NCBI GenBank assembly: GCA_023460995.1
Contig: JAEWOE010000006.1
Span: 231,933-295,932 of the forward strand
Origin: Bacillota bacterium
Lineage (GTDB): Bacteria; Bacillota_I; Bacilli_A; RF39; UBA660
DNA: 64,000 nucleotides
Reading direction: 5' to 3'
Translations under genes and position numbers: made by a program
The notes under the pieces: generated by a model
Database searches by the model: none
What the model saw: only the letters and a program-made list of their open reading frames with translations
What the model was told of the DNA's origin: nothing
Shown here: one piece after another, positions 46,479-54,985 of the stretch
Layout: every line of letters starts with the position of its first letter
Numbering within the stretch: position 1 is the stretch's first letter

Positions 46479-46554
46479 GGCTCTGTAGCTCAGTCGGTAG
46501 AGCAAGGGACTGAAAATCCCTGTGTCGGTGGTTCGATTCCACTCGGAGCCACCA
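46479..46554 (+). tRNA. tRNA-Phe (GAA)
   Basis: Anticodon loop CTGAAAA, encoded CCA. Confidence 0.95.
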
Positions 46555-46588
46555 TTTTTTATTTAATATAGAAAATAAAAATTTATCT

Positions 46589-46665
46589 GCGCTCGTAGCT
46601 CAATTGGATAGAGCATCTGACTACGGATCAGAAGGTTTCGGGTTCGACTCTTGACGAGCGCACCA
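46589..46665 (+). tRNA. tRNA-Arg (ACG)
   Basis: Anticodon loop CTACGGA, encoded CCA. Confidence 0.95.
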
Positions 46666-46678
46666 TTTAATTATTAAC

Positions 46679-46755
46679 CGGGAAATGGCTCAACTTGGTA
46701 GAGCACTTGGTTTGGGACCAAGGGGTTGCAGGTTCAAATCCTGTTTTCCCGACCA
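46679..46755 (+). tRNA. tRNA-Pro (UGG); its 3' end is the island attachment site
   Basis: Anticodon loop TTTGGGA, encoded CCA. The last 15 nt plus 2 flanking nt are repeated at 59301-59317. Confidence 0.95.
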
Positions 46756-46757
46756 TT
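46741..46757 (+). repeat. attL core (within the intact tRNA-Pro 3' end)
   Basis: CTGTTTTCCCGACCATT, identical to 59301-59317. Confidence 0.8.
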
Positions 46758-46767
46758 CGATATATCA

Positions 46768-46791
46768 CCCTTACTTTATAAGGGTTTTTTT
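46768..46791 (+). terminator. Terminator of tRNA cluster 2 (supplied by the island arm)
   Basis: CCCTTA/TAAGGG followed by T7. Confidence 0.7.
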
Positions 46792-46809
46792 ATGGTCTAA
46801 AAGTACGTT

Positions 46810-46831
46810 GGTCTTGTTTTGGTCTTGTTTT
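46810..46831 (+). repeat. Tandem GGTCTTGTTTT x2 in the left island arm (candidate arm-type recombinase site)
   Basis: GGTCTTGTTTTGGTCTTGTTTT, 53 nt inside attL. A near-identical copy is at 59175-59196. Confidence 0.6.
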
Positions 46832-47063
46832 GGGGAAATAATTTTAAATTTTAAAAAGTTAAATTTGCATGTTAAATTGACGTTATAATGAGAAAATAAT
46901 TAGTTTTACTACTACGATTGGCAAACACGAACTTAATAGAATAGTGGTTTAGAGTAAGATATAAATTAAGTCACTATATATTTTTAATATAGCAATTAAA
47001 TTTATTGTGTGAACATAGTCGAATTATAAATATAATGATATAATGGTATTAGTAGGTGATAAA

Positions 47064-48293
47064 ATGAATGTATTACAAGTTTGTGATAGTTATGGATATG
47101 AAACAGGAATTTCTTCAATCATTAATTATAGCGAAAGATATAAAGTAATAACAAAATCTAATTTTCAAAATATTTCATATGTCTCATATGATGCTTTCAT
47201 TATTGATATTGATGTTTTAGCTGAGGTAAAGGATATAGACAGTTTATTAAACAACATATATAAACAAAGTAAGCCTGTAATTTTTGTGTATCGTTCTCAT
47301 AATCTTCCTGAAGATGAAGGAATGTTATACTTAGCTAAAAAATATGAAATTACGTTTAAACAGATGGACTGTTCTATTATAGATACAAATAATTGGAATT
47401 TTAAACCTGAAGCTGAAGGAGATTTTGCATATTCTATTAACTCGAAAAAGGGTATTAATATTTGCGGTATAAAGAATACAGAACAATATTATATTTCCAA
47501 ACATAAAAATATTGTTATTATGCATGATACTGAGTGTAAATGGAATAATGGGACTCCGGATATATCTAAAACTGCCAACCTTTTAGAATTTTTATTTAGT
47601 ATTAATGAAGAATATGAAAAATCTAGCCAGGCAGAGTGGGTAAACAGAATATCGATTTTGGATGATAAAGAATTGAACCTACAATTGGCAAAAAATAAAT
47701 TAAAAATTGCAGAATTAGAAAAAGATAATAGTCTTATAGTAAATAAAATCAATAATAATAATTATTTTAAAAAGTTGCTATATACTACAGGCGACGAATT
47801 AGCATTTGTAGTTAGAGATGTATTAGGGGAAATATTAGGTATAAAAGTTGATGATATTGATAAGAAAAAACAAGATTTATATTTTAAATTAGACAATATA
47901 AATTTTTTAGTCGAAGTAAAAGGCGTAAATAGACCATATCAAAGAGATGACATAGGACAAGTCATGAGACATGTTAATGATTATGCTTCTATTAACGGGA
48001 TTTATGGTGAAGATATATTGAAAAAATGCAAAGGGTTATTGATTATAAATCCATATAACTTAAATGATTTGGATAATAAAATAAAAAAAGAATTTTATAG
48101 TCAAGAAGTTAAGCAAGACGCAGAATATTATAATATTTGTACTATTGATGCAATTACTTTACTTAGTATATATTCAAAATGGAGAAAAAATAAGGAAGAT
48201 GTTGATTTGAAGGATATTATACTTAATAAAAGTTATAATGAACCTGATTTTATGGAAATAATAATGGACGATTTAGAAGAATTTAAAAGTTAA
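47064..48293 (+). CDS. Three-part island protein: N-terminal alpha/beta domain, coiled coil, and a C-terminal PD-(D/E)xK nuclease-like domain
   Basis: Coiled coil LNLQLAKNKLKIAELEKDN. C-terminal TGDELAFVVRDVLGEILG...QDLYF...FLVEVKG (D...ExK). Start at ATG 47064, after GGTGAT. Confidence 0.5.
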   Translation: MNVLQVCDSYGYETGISSIINYSERYKVITKSNFQNISYVSYDAFIIDIDVLAEVKDIDSLLNNIYKQSKPVIFVYRSHNLPEDEGMLYLAKKYEITFKQMDCSIIDTNNWNFKPEAEGDFAYSINSKKGINICGIKNTEQYYISKHKNIVIMHDTECKWNNGTPDISKTANLLEFLFSINEEYEKSSQAEWVNRISILDDKELNLQLAKNKLKIAELEKDNSLIVNKINNNNYFKKLLYTTGDELAFVVRDVLGEILGIKVDDIDKKKQDLYFKLDNINFLVEVKGVNRPYQRDDIGQVMRHVNDYASINGIYGEDILKKCKGLLIINPYNLNDLDNKIKKEFYSQEVKQDAEYYNICTIDAITLLSIYSKWRKNKEDVDLKDIILNKSYNEPDFMEIIMDDLEEFKS

Positions 48294-48346
48294 TTATATT
48301 TAACTAATCTTATTAATTTTAGGAAAAGTATAATGTAGGTGAAAAA

Positions 48347-49000
48347 ATGTCAAAGTATAAATTAATTTTGGATGAATCAGGAAATTTTGATGATAAATAA
48401 GAAAGATATATTATAATAGGCGGGGTTTTATTCAAATCTGAAGATGAAGAAGAATTGTCTAAATATTTTACGCCAATACATAAAAGATATTGTGAGATAT
48501 TAGAGGTTAATGAGTTGCATGCATCTTCTTCATCAAAATCAAAAAAGATTATGGACTGTTTATTTTCTCATATAGTAATGAATGACAAAATAAAGGCAAT
48601 AGTATATATAATAGATAAAAAGAATTCCTATATATTTAATTTATATGATAAAAAATCATTTAAATATAATAAAGCTATAGAATGGCTTTTAAAGGATATG
48701 ACTCAAAAAGGTGTAATAAATATATATAGTGATCAAATTGAAATTAAAATAGATAATATAAATATAAAAAAAGAGGAAATTAGAAATTGGAATTGGTTAC
48801 CAGCTAATTTTAAATTCGTTAAAGAAATAGTTGAAGCAGATTCAAAAAATGTTATATGTATTCAACTAGCAGACTACATTGTAAATTCTTTTAGTAAAAA
48901 CGATGTATTTGATGTAAAATCTATACGAAATCAACTTTTAAATCCTATTATTTTAACTTTCCTAAAAAATACAGAAGAAGAATATTTAATTAAAAAGTAA
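48347..49000 (+). pseudogene. DUF3800-like gene interrupted by one in-frame TAA (48398-48400)
   Basis: MSKYKLILDESGNFDDK*ERYIIIGGVLF... DESG N-terminal motif and C-terminal IQLADYI motif. Own TATAAT (48329-48334) and AGGTGA RBS. The tracked ORF covers only 48455-49000. Confidence 0.55.
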
Positions 49001-49056
49001 GACGCTATCACTATTTAAAATGAATTAGTTGTTATTTATGAATGGAGGTATATGTG

Positions 49057-49530
49057 GTGTTATCAGATTATATTGCTTATGGCGCATTAATCATTTCTTC
49101 TATAAATTTAATATGGATAATTATATCACATTCTAGGAAAATAGGAGTACAAATTATCTCGTATAGGGATCACAAATTTCCAAATTATTATTGGTCTTGT
49201 TTTGGTATTATGATAGAAAATAATTCTCGCTTACCGATTTCTATTTCGAGAATAATAATTGATAATTTTAATACAAAGTGTGAATTTAATAAACAACAAT
49301 TGACAGAGACTACCAAAAAATCTGGTGATGTAATAAAAAGTATTGAATATACGTATTCAGTTCAATTACCACTTAATATTCCCGGTTTAGATTCAAAACT
49401 TGAAAACTTCATATTTAAATCTAAAGTCGAAATAAAAAAAACTGACAAATTAAACATAACGGTAATTACAAATAGAGGAAAAATTAAAAAGAAGATAGCA
49501 TTCTCAGAAGATACACCATTCAGTTTTTAA
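49057..49530 (+). CDS. Hypothetical single-pass membrane protein with a small beta-rich domain
   Basis: GGAGGT at 49044-49049, GTG start at 49054 or 49057, N-terminal TM. Confidence 0.45.
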   Translation: MLSDYIAYGALIISSINLIWIIISHSRKIGVQIISYRDHKFPNYYWSCFGIMIENNSRLPISISRIIIDNFNTKCEFNKQQLTETTKKSGDVIKSIEYTYSVQLPLNIPGLDSKLENFIFKSKVEIKKTDKLNITVITNRGKIKKKIAFSEDTPFSF

Positions 49531-49584
49531 CACAAATTTCCCCTTATAATTATGTAATTGTATTATAATATTTCCAAGTGATTA

Positions 49585-49610
49585 AATTCTTATTTTATAA
49601 GAATTTTTTT
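49585..49610 (+). terminator. Intrinsic terminator
   Basis: AATTCTTAT/ATAAGAATT followed by T7. Confidence 0.7.
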
Positions 49611-49772
49611 GTCAAAAATTTGCCTTCTTATTTTAGTCTGAGTTTATTTTTAAATGTGTTAATATAAAGTATTAAAAAGTAATATTTTCGGAAAATATAC
49701 ACATATTCGAACTTCTGTTCGTAAAAAAATACAATATTTGATAAAAATGATTGTATAAAAAAACAAAAGTTG

Positions 49773-49801
49773 TTGACTTTTGCACAAATGCATGCTACAA
49801 T
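49773..49801 (+). promoter_or_regulatory. Near-consensus promoter of the island HTH gene
   Basis: TTGACT 49773-49778, 17-nt spacer, TG-extended TACAAT 49796-49801. Confidence 0.65.
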
Positions 49802-49833
49802 AAAGGTAGAAAAAAAAGAGAGGAAGATATAAT

Positions 49834-50589
49834 TTGGAAAAAATTAATTTTAAAACCGAATTAGAAAGTTATGGAGTAGATAATATAACTAGTATTTCAA
49901 GACTCTTAGGTATATCAAGGCAACAATATTACAATTTAATTAAGTCATCAAATGGATTAAATGCTAATCAACAAAAAAGATTTGATTTTTTTATAAATTT
50001 AGTGAAAAAACACGAAAAAGATAATTTGGGTGTTAATAAACTTTTACAAACTTCTATAACAATTTTGGATAATTCAGATATTATAGATAAAATAGGCAAG
50101 AATAACTTATCAATAACACAAAAACACTATTTTTTTAATGTGGTCAAAGATTTGTTTGAATTAAAAGATATCGAAAAAAACTTTGATGGTATAACTAGGT
50201 TTCTTAGTATATTAAAGCTTAAAAATCTAGAGATTTATTATTATATGAATTTTATGAATAAGTATATGATCAATATGGATGTTGACAATTATATATCTGA
50301 ACATGAGGAACAACAAAAAAAAATGGAAGTTTTATTATTTAAATCCATAATGCAATATAAAGATGATTGTTATGTTTTAAATGAGAATGAATATTTAGAT
50401 TTTGTAAAATACATGGAAAATAAAGAAAAAGCACTACTTTCAACTAGTGATAGAATATTAAACGAAATAAGTAGTCTTGTTGAACAATCAAAAAATAGTA
50501 CTGAAGATGCAGAATTAATTCAAAAAAAAATAAAAGATATGGTTTCTAGTTTGTTAAGTGAAATTAATGGAACTAAATCGACATTCTAA
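49834..50589 (+). CDS. Island protein with an N-terminal HTH (251 aa)
   Basis: ITSISRLLGISRQQYYNLIKS helix-turn-helix. TTG start after GAGAGGAAG. Confidence 0.5.
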   Translation: MEKINFKTELESYGVDNITSISRLLGISRQQYYNLIKSSNGLNANQQKRFDFFINLVKKHEKDNLGVNKLLQTSITILDNSDIIDKIGKNNLSITQKHYFFNVVKDLFELKDIEKNFDGITRFLSILKLKNLEIYYYMNFMNKYMINMDVDNYISEHEEQQKKMEVLLFKSIMQYKDDCYVLNENEYLDFVKYMENKEKALLSTSDRILNEISSLVEQSKNSTEDAELIQKKIKDMVSSLLSEINGTKSTF

Positions 50590-50740
50590 AACATTGTCGT
50601 TAAAGAAGTTTTGGTAAAAAGAAAAAGCCCTGAAACAGGCTTAATGTGTAGAAATTGTGAGCTCTACCTATTAAGTATATCATAATATTTTTCTTTTTTC
50701 AAACTGTTTTAATATGGGCGGAAAGAAAGGTGCATTTATA

Positions 50741-50959
50741 TTGAATACTATCCATGTAACTCCAAAAGGAGATGAGTGGCAAGTAAAAAAAGGCGGCGCT
50801 GAACGAGCTTCAAAATTGTTTCCTACACAAAAAGAAGCAATTGGTTATGGAAGAGAAAAAGCAAAGTCTGAACAAAGTGAGTTTTTTATTCACAATAGTC
50901 AAGGGATTATTAGAAAAAGAGATTCATATGGCAATGATGATTTTCCTCCAAGAGGATAG
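50741..50959 (+). CDS. DUF2188-family small protein
   Basis: HVTPKGDEWQVKKGGAERASKLFPTQKEAIGYGREKAK. TTG 50741 lies 8 nt after AAAGGTG. Confidence 0.55.
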   Translation: MNTIHVTPKGDEWQVKKGGAERASKLFPTQKEAIGYGREKAKSEQSEFFIHNSQGIIRKRDSYGNDDFPPRG

Positions 50960-50974
50960 AAAGAGTGATATATA

Positions 50975-51256
50975 ATGATATATGCAAAGAAAATAAAGAT
51001 GAATTTGGACTGTCAAAACTCAAAGGAAGTTACAGATATAAATTCTATATATGTTGAGGGCAGTTTTTGGGAAACTGGTTGGCATACAAAAGGTGAACTT
51101 TATGATAAAATTAAAGATTCTGGCTGGGTAGTTAAGGTTGGATTGGATCCTTTTCCAACACTAGTTCCTGCACTAAGTAAAAATTATGAAAAATATGTTC
51201 ATTCTCAGCCAAATGGCATTGAAAAAGATAATTTACTTGAATTAGATAGAGTATAG
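50975..51256 (+). CDS. DUF3892-like small protein
   Basis: C-terminal ...KYVHSQPNGIEKDNLLELDRV resembles the DUF3892 tail (..DNLL.LP..). Confidence 0.35.
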   Translation: MIYAKKIKMNLDCQNSKEVTDINSIYVEGSFWETGWHTKGELYDKIKDSGWVVKVGLDPFPTLVPALSKNYEKYVHSQPNGIEKDNLLELDRV

Positions 51257-51350
51257 TATCCTTTATAAGCAACTATTATTATAGTTGCTTTTTTTATATA
51301 AAATATTCTTGATATAAGTTTGCCATTAAATCTAAAGGAAAGTGATATAA

Positions 51351-51660
51351 ATGCAATATATATACTGGAACTTTAGCGTCGTCTGAGGAGGACATAACAA
51401 CCAGTGAAGAAGTTATAACTTACGGTCCTCAGGTTTCAAATTTACTAACAACAAACAACACCATTAATAATATTACTAATACAATTACTAGTAGAGACAC
51501 ACTTAATAAAGAGATGGAAGAACACTCATATTATTACTTCTCAACAAGAAAGAAAACATCTAATTCTACTAACAACATTACTTCTAATAGAAAGAAGCGA
51601 ACAAAAATAGCAAAGTGCGATAGTCACAAGGCTCATAATAAAATAGATGGCAGAACATAG
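51351..51660 (+). pseudogene. Frameshifted T/N/S-rich ORF (start codon and body in different frames across an (AT)4 tract)
   Basis: RBS AAAGGAAAGTGAT and ATG 51351 open an 11-codon frame that stops at 51384. The +1 frame is open from 51346 to 51660 but has no start codon. One extra TA unit in ATATATATA (51356-51364) would fuse them. Terminator at 51650-51676. Confidence 0.4.
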
Positions 51661-51676
51661 AGGTTCTGCTTTTTTG
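51650..51676 (+). terminator. Intrinsic terminator
   Basis: GCAGAAC/GTTCTGC followed by T6. Confidence 0.7.
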
Positions 51677-51768
51677 TGCTATAAAAACATAATTCAGCAT
51701 CAGTAATGCCACATTCAAAAATATTGTAAAATCTTCTTAACTAGTTTGTTAGTTTAGGAAGGAAAAAA

Positions 51769-52068
51769 GTGAAAAGAATTGAAGAAATTAACAAAGCTGA
51801 AGATGAAAAGGAGGCTTACATCTCTAGAACATCTGATTATATTTCAGATATTATTGCAATTAATTATAAATTTGTTAATAATAATCATAAAATAACATTT
51901 GATATGTTCTTTATGCAGGGGATGGGTGAAATAAGGCTATCGAAAGAAGAACTTCAAGAACTATATGACTTAATTGAGAGAAGACTTCAAGAAAAATACG
52001 AATTAATAAGAATTAACAGTGGTTATAATAGACCATTAGTGTTAAAAGATTTAAGAGAGGAAGAGTAA
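51769..52068 (+). CDS. Hypothetical island protein (99 aa), translationally coupled to the SSB gene
   Basis: GTG start after AGGAAGGA. Stop TAA lies 1 nt before the ssb ATG. Confidence 0.5.
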   Translation: MKRIEEINKAEDEKEAYISRTSDYISDIIAINYKFVNNNHKITFDMFFMQGMGEIRLSKEELQELYDLIERRLQEKYELIRINSGYNRPLVLKDLREEE

Positions 52069-52069
52069 T

Positions 52070-52366
52070 ATGTTAAATCAAACGGTATTAGTAGGAAGAT
52101 TAGTTGAGACTCCTACAATTGAAAAAAACAAAGAAATAAGAGGGACTAACATTAAATTAGCTATACCTAGAAGTTATAAGAATACTGAGGGAGACTATGA
52201 TACAGACTTCATAACTTGTCTAGTATGGGGAGGGATAGCTGACAATGTTACTGAGTACTGCAAAAAAGGTGACCTAATAGGTGTTAAGGGTAGGTTAGAA
52301 CAACAAGATAACAATGCAGTTGTTGTAGCAGAGAAAATAACATTCCTATCTAGTAAAAAAGAGTAG
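52070..52366 (+). CDS. ssb: Single-stranded DNA-binding protein, OB-fold only (no acidic tail)
   Basis: MLNQTVLVGRLVETPTIE...FITCLVWGGIADNV..YCKKGDLIGVKGRL. Confidence 0.7.
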   Translation: MLNQTVLVGRLVETPTIEKNKEIRGTNIKLAIPRSYKNTEGDYDTDFITCLVWGGIADNVTEYCKKGDLIGVKGRLEQQDNNAVVVAEKITFLSSKKE

Positions 52367-52487
52367 TGTTATTTTAAAGAGAAACAGGTCAAATTTAAAG
52401 ATAAGCATTTTTAGTATAAATGTATTAGAACATCTATAACAAAAGAATTTGATAGAGTTCTAGTATGAAATTCCAGGGAATAAGAAG

Positions 52488-52511
52488 CAACACAATAAGG
52501 GTGTTGTTTTT
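52488..52511 (+). terminator. Intrinsic terminator
   Basis: CAACAC/GTGTTG followed by a T-run. Confidence 0.5.
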
Positions 52512-52619
52512 ATTATCTTAATTCTAATATTTCAAAAATCTATAGTTATTAATTAGAAAAAATATGTGGTATAATGTAAGCAATAAAATGTGTTTTAATT
52601 CACTTTAATGGAGGAAAAA

Positions 52620-53501
52620 ATGGAAAAATTTTTTAGTGATATAGAAAATGGATTGCCACCACAAATTAATACTGAAATTTCAGCCGATGTTTTTAATGGA
52701 ATAATAAGTATTTACTATAAATATACAAAGTCCATGTCATTTTCATTTCCGGCAACTTGCCCAGATGATAATTCTGTTATTGGTTTTAATGAATATTTAT
52801 TTGTTATGAAATTGAAATCAATAATACCAAATTTTCCGCTTTCATATGATTCAATTAATTTTATGAATTATAATAGTGTAGTTGATATATATGCATTATT
52901 GGATTTCATAGAATTATGCATATCTAATATTTGTGATTACTCTGAAGATAAAGTTCACGAATTTTTCAACCATAATCATTTGAAAAAATTAAGTTCGTGT
53001 AAAAACAAAAATGATTTTTCTAATGAAATAAATCAAATATTTGAAAGAAATGGACTTGCTTATAAATTGGTTAATAATTCATCAATCAAAAGAGTTTTAC
53101 CAATTGAACTTGAGAACTTAATTAAAAACTATATTCCAAAAGGTAAAGATCCAGAGTTAAATAAATTAATCGATATAGCTATTAAATACATATCTTTGCC
53201 AAAATATGAAAATAAACAGATCGCTTTAGAAAAAATATGGGATGCGTTTGAAAGAATAAAAACATATATTTCAATAGATAAAAAAGAATCAACTAAAAAT
53301 CTATTAAAAAAAGTAGCTGGTGGTAAAGAAGAATTTTTTAAATTATTAGATAATGAAGCACTATTACTTACAACAATTGGCAATGATTTTAGAGTTAGAC
53401 ATCATGAAACAAATAAAATTAAGATAGAAACAATAGATCATATTGATTATTTATTTTATAGAATGATGGCTTTTATTAGTTTATTAATTAATTATTTATA
53501 A
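52620..53501 (+). CDS. Island protein with an AbiJ-N-terminal-domain-like and a HEPN-like signature (tentative)
   Basis: NEINQIFERNGLAYKLVNN and C-terminal IGNDFRVRHHETN (R..H motif). TGGTATAAT at 52567-52575. ATG 52620 follows GGAGGA. Confidence 0.35.
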   Translation: MEKFFSDIENGLPPQINTEISADVFNGIISIYYKYTKSMSFSFPATCPDDNSVIGFNEYLFVMKLKSIIPNFPLSYDSINFMNYNSVVDIYALLDFIELCISNICDYSEDKVHEFFNHNHLKKLSSCKNKNDFSNEINQIFERNGLAYKLVNNSSIKRVLPIELENLIKNYIPKGKDPELNKLIDIAIKYISLPKYENKQIALEKIWDAFERIKTYISIDKKESTKNLLKKVAGGKEEFFKLLDNEALLLTTIGNDFRVRHHETNKIKIETIDHIDYLFYRMMAFISLLINYL

Positions 53502-53506
53502 TTAAG

Positions 53507-53533
53507 ACAACACAATAGTTTGTGTTGTTTTTT
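53507..53533 (+). terminator. Intrinsic terminator
   Basis: ACAACACAA/TTGTGTTGT followed by T5. Confidence 0.7.
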
Positions 53534-53812
53534 AGTTCAGCATCAGTATTTTGTAGTTGGAATATTTGTTATTATTTGTATAAAAGAAAACAATTGTTAT
53601 TGCTTACTTAAAAATAATTATAAAAATACATAAAAATTGAGCGATTTTTATCGTAAATTCATAGAAGATTAGCAACGGAAGTTTTCTCTCATGATTTATA
53701 GAAATATAAGCTTTTGTCATTTTTCTATGACTAAATAAATGTACGAAATTCAATATAGACATTAAAACAAAAAAGAAACCAAATTTATATGATCTCTTTT
53801 TTATACAAATTA

Positions 53813-54727
53813 TTAATCTAAATAGTAGTGTGTAACATTTATACCGCCAGTTTGATCATATTTAGCAGCAACTGTTGAATCAGTGAAATTAATAACTCCA
53901 CCCATGCCACCTGAATTAATTGTATATTTTTGAGAATCAGCAAGTGGAACATCAGAAGTAGCATGTTGGTATGTTCCTCTGGCTGTAAAGTATGTTGCTC
54001 CTGAATTAACAGTTACGGTCATTTCATTTTCAAGAGAAGTTGTGACACTATCTAAAATATTCATTGATATTCCGACTCCGCCTACTATTCTTGTAATGGA
54101 GTTTTTCCATATTATTTTTGTATTAGACGAAAGCGCATCATAGTTTACATAATTGCCATCATATTTTTGATAACCAGTTATAAGACCTTTATTTTGACTT
54201 CCTATAACGGGTAAAGTGGCATCTGTGTCTATTCTTACAGCAATTACGTCATAAGATTTTACTTGAGGAATTGATTTCCATTTATTATTTATAGTGATAT
54301 ATCTTACATCTAAAGCACCAGTAGTAATAGATAATGTGATTTTTTTCATAGTTGTTTCATAAGTACCTGCAGTAAATAATGATATTGTAGGTTGTTCAAA
54401 AACTTCATATTCTTCTTTTGTAACGTCAGTTTCACTTTTTGATACTAGTTCTCCTGAGTAGTTATAGTAACAATTTACTTTAACATAAGTTTCTGACGAT
54501 GTACTTTTTAACGTAGTATCATCTTTTATTAAATTTATTTGCGTGGCTGACATTGTATAAATAGTATCATCACTAAAAGCTCTTGCTAGATTATTATATT
54601 GTACTTCAGTTAATTGAACTCCATTCATGTTAGTATAATAAATATCTGATTTGTCATTTGTCTTTGCAAAAACAGATAATGGTGAAAATAATAGTATAAT
54701 TAAAGTGGAAATTAATAATTTTTTCAT
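53813..54727 (-). CDS. Secreted beta-rich protein of unknown function
   Basis: Signal peptide MKKLLISTLIILLFSPLSVFA. Start at ATG 54727, after AAGGAG. The tracked ORF is longer at its 5' end. Confidence 0.6.
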   Translation of the reverse strand: MKKLLISTLIILLFSPLSVFAKTNDKSDIYYTNMNGVQLTEVQYNNLARAFSDDTIYTMSATQINLIKDDTTLKSTSSETYVKVNCYYNYSGELVSKSETDVTKEEYEVFEQPTISLFTAGTYETTMKKITLSITTGALDVRYITINNKWKSIPQVKSYDVIAVRIDTDATLPVIGSQNKGLITGYQKYDGNYVNYDALSSNTKIIWKNSITRIVGGVGISMNILDSVTTSLENEMTVTVNSGATYFTARGTYQHATSDVPLADSQKYTINSGGMGGVINFTDSTVAAKYDQTGGINVTHYYLD

Positions 54728-54985
54728 TTTATTCTCCTTAAATATTTTTGTTTTATTGTATTGTCTTGTTTTACATATAATCACTCCTTTCTATAACAAA
54801 AAAACTCGTATAGTACTTACAAAGTCTATACGAGCCCTTTTTATTTTAACTATATCATGGATGACAAAGTTTGACAATAATGTATATTACATTTTTCAAA
54901 TTTTGACACATCTTGCGTAGTATTTACAAAACCTATGTTATAATTATTATATATTATGGTAGTAGTGATGAACGGAGGTAAATTC

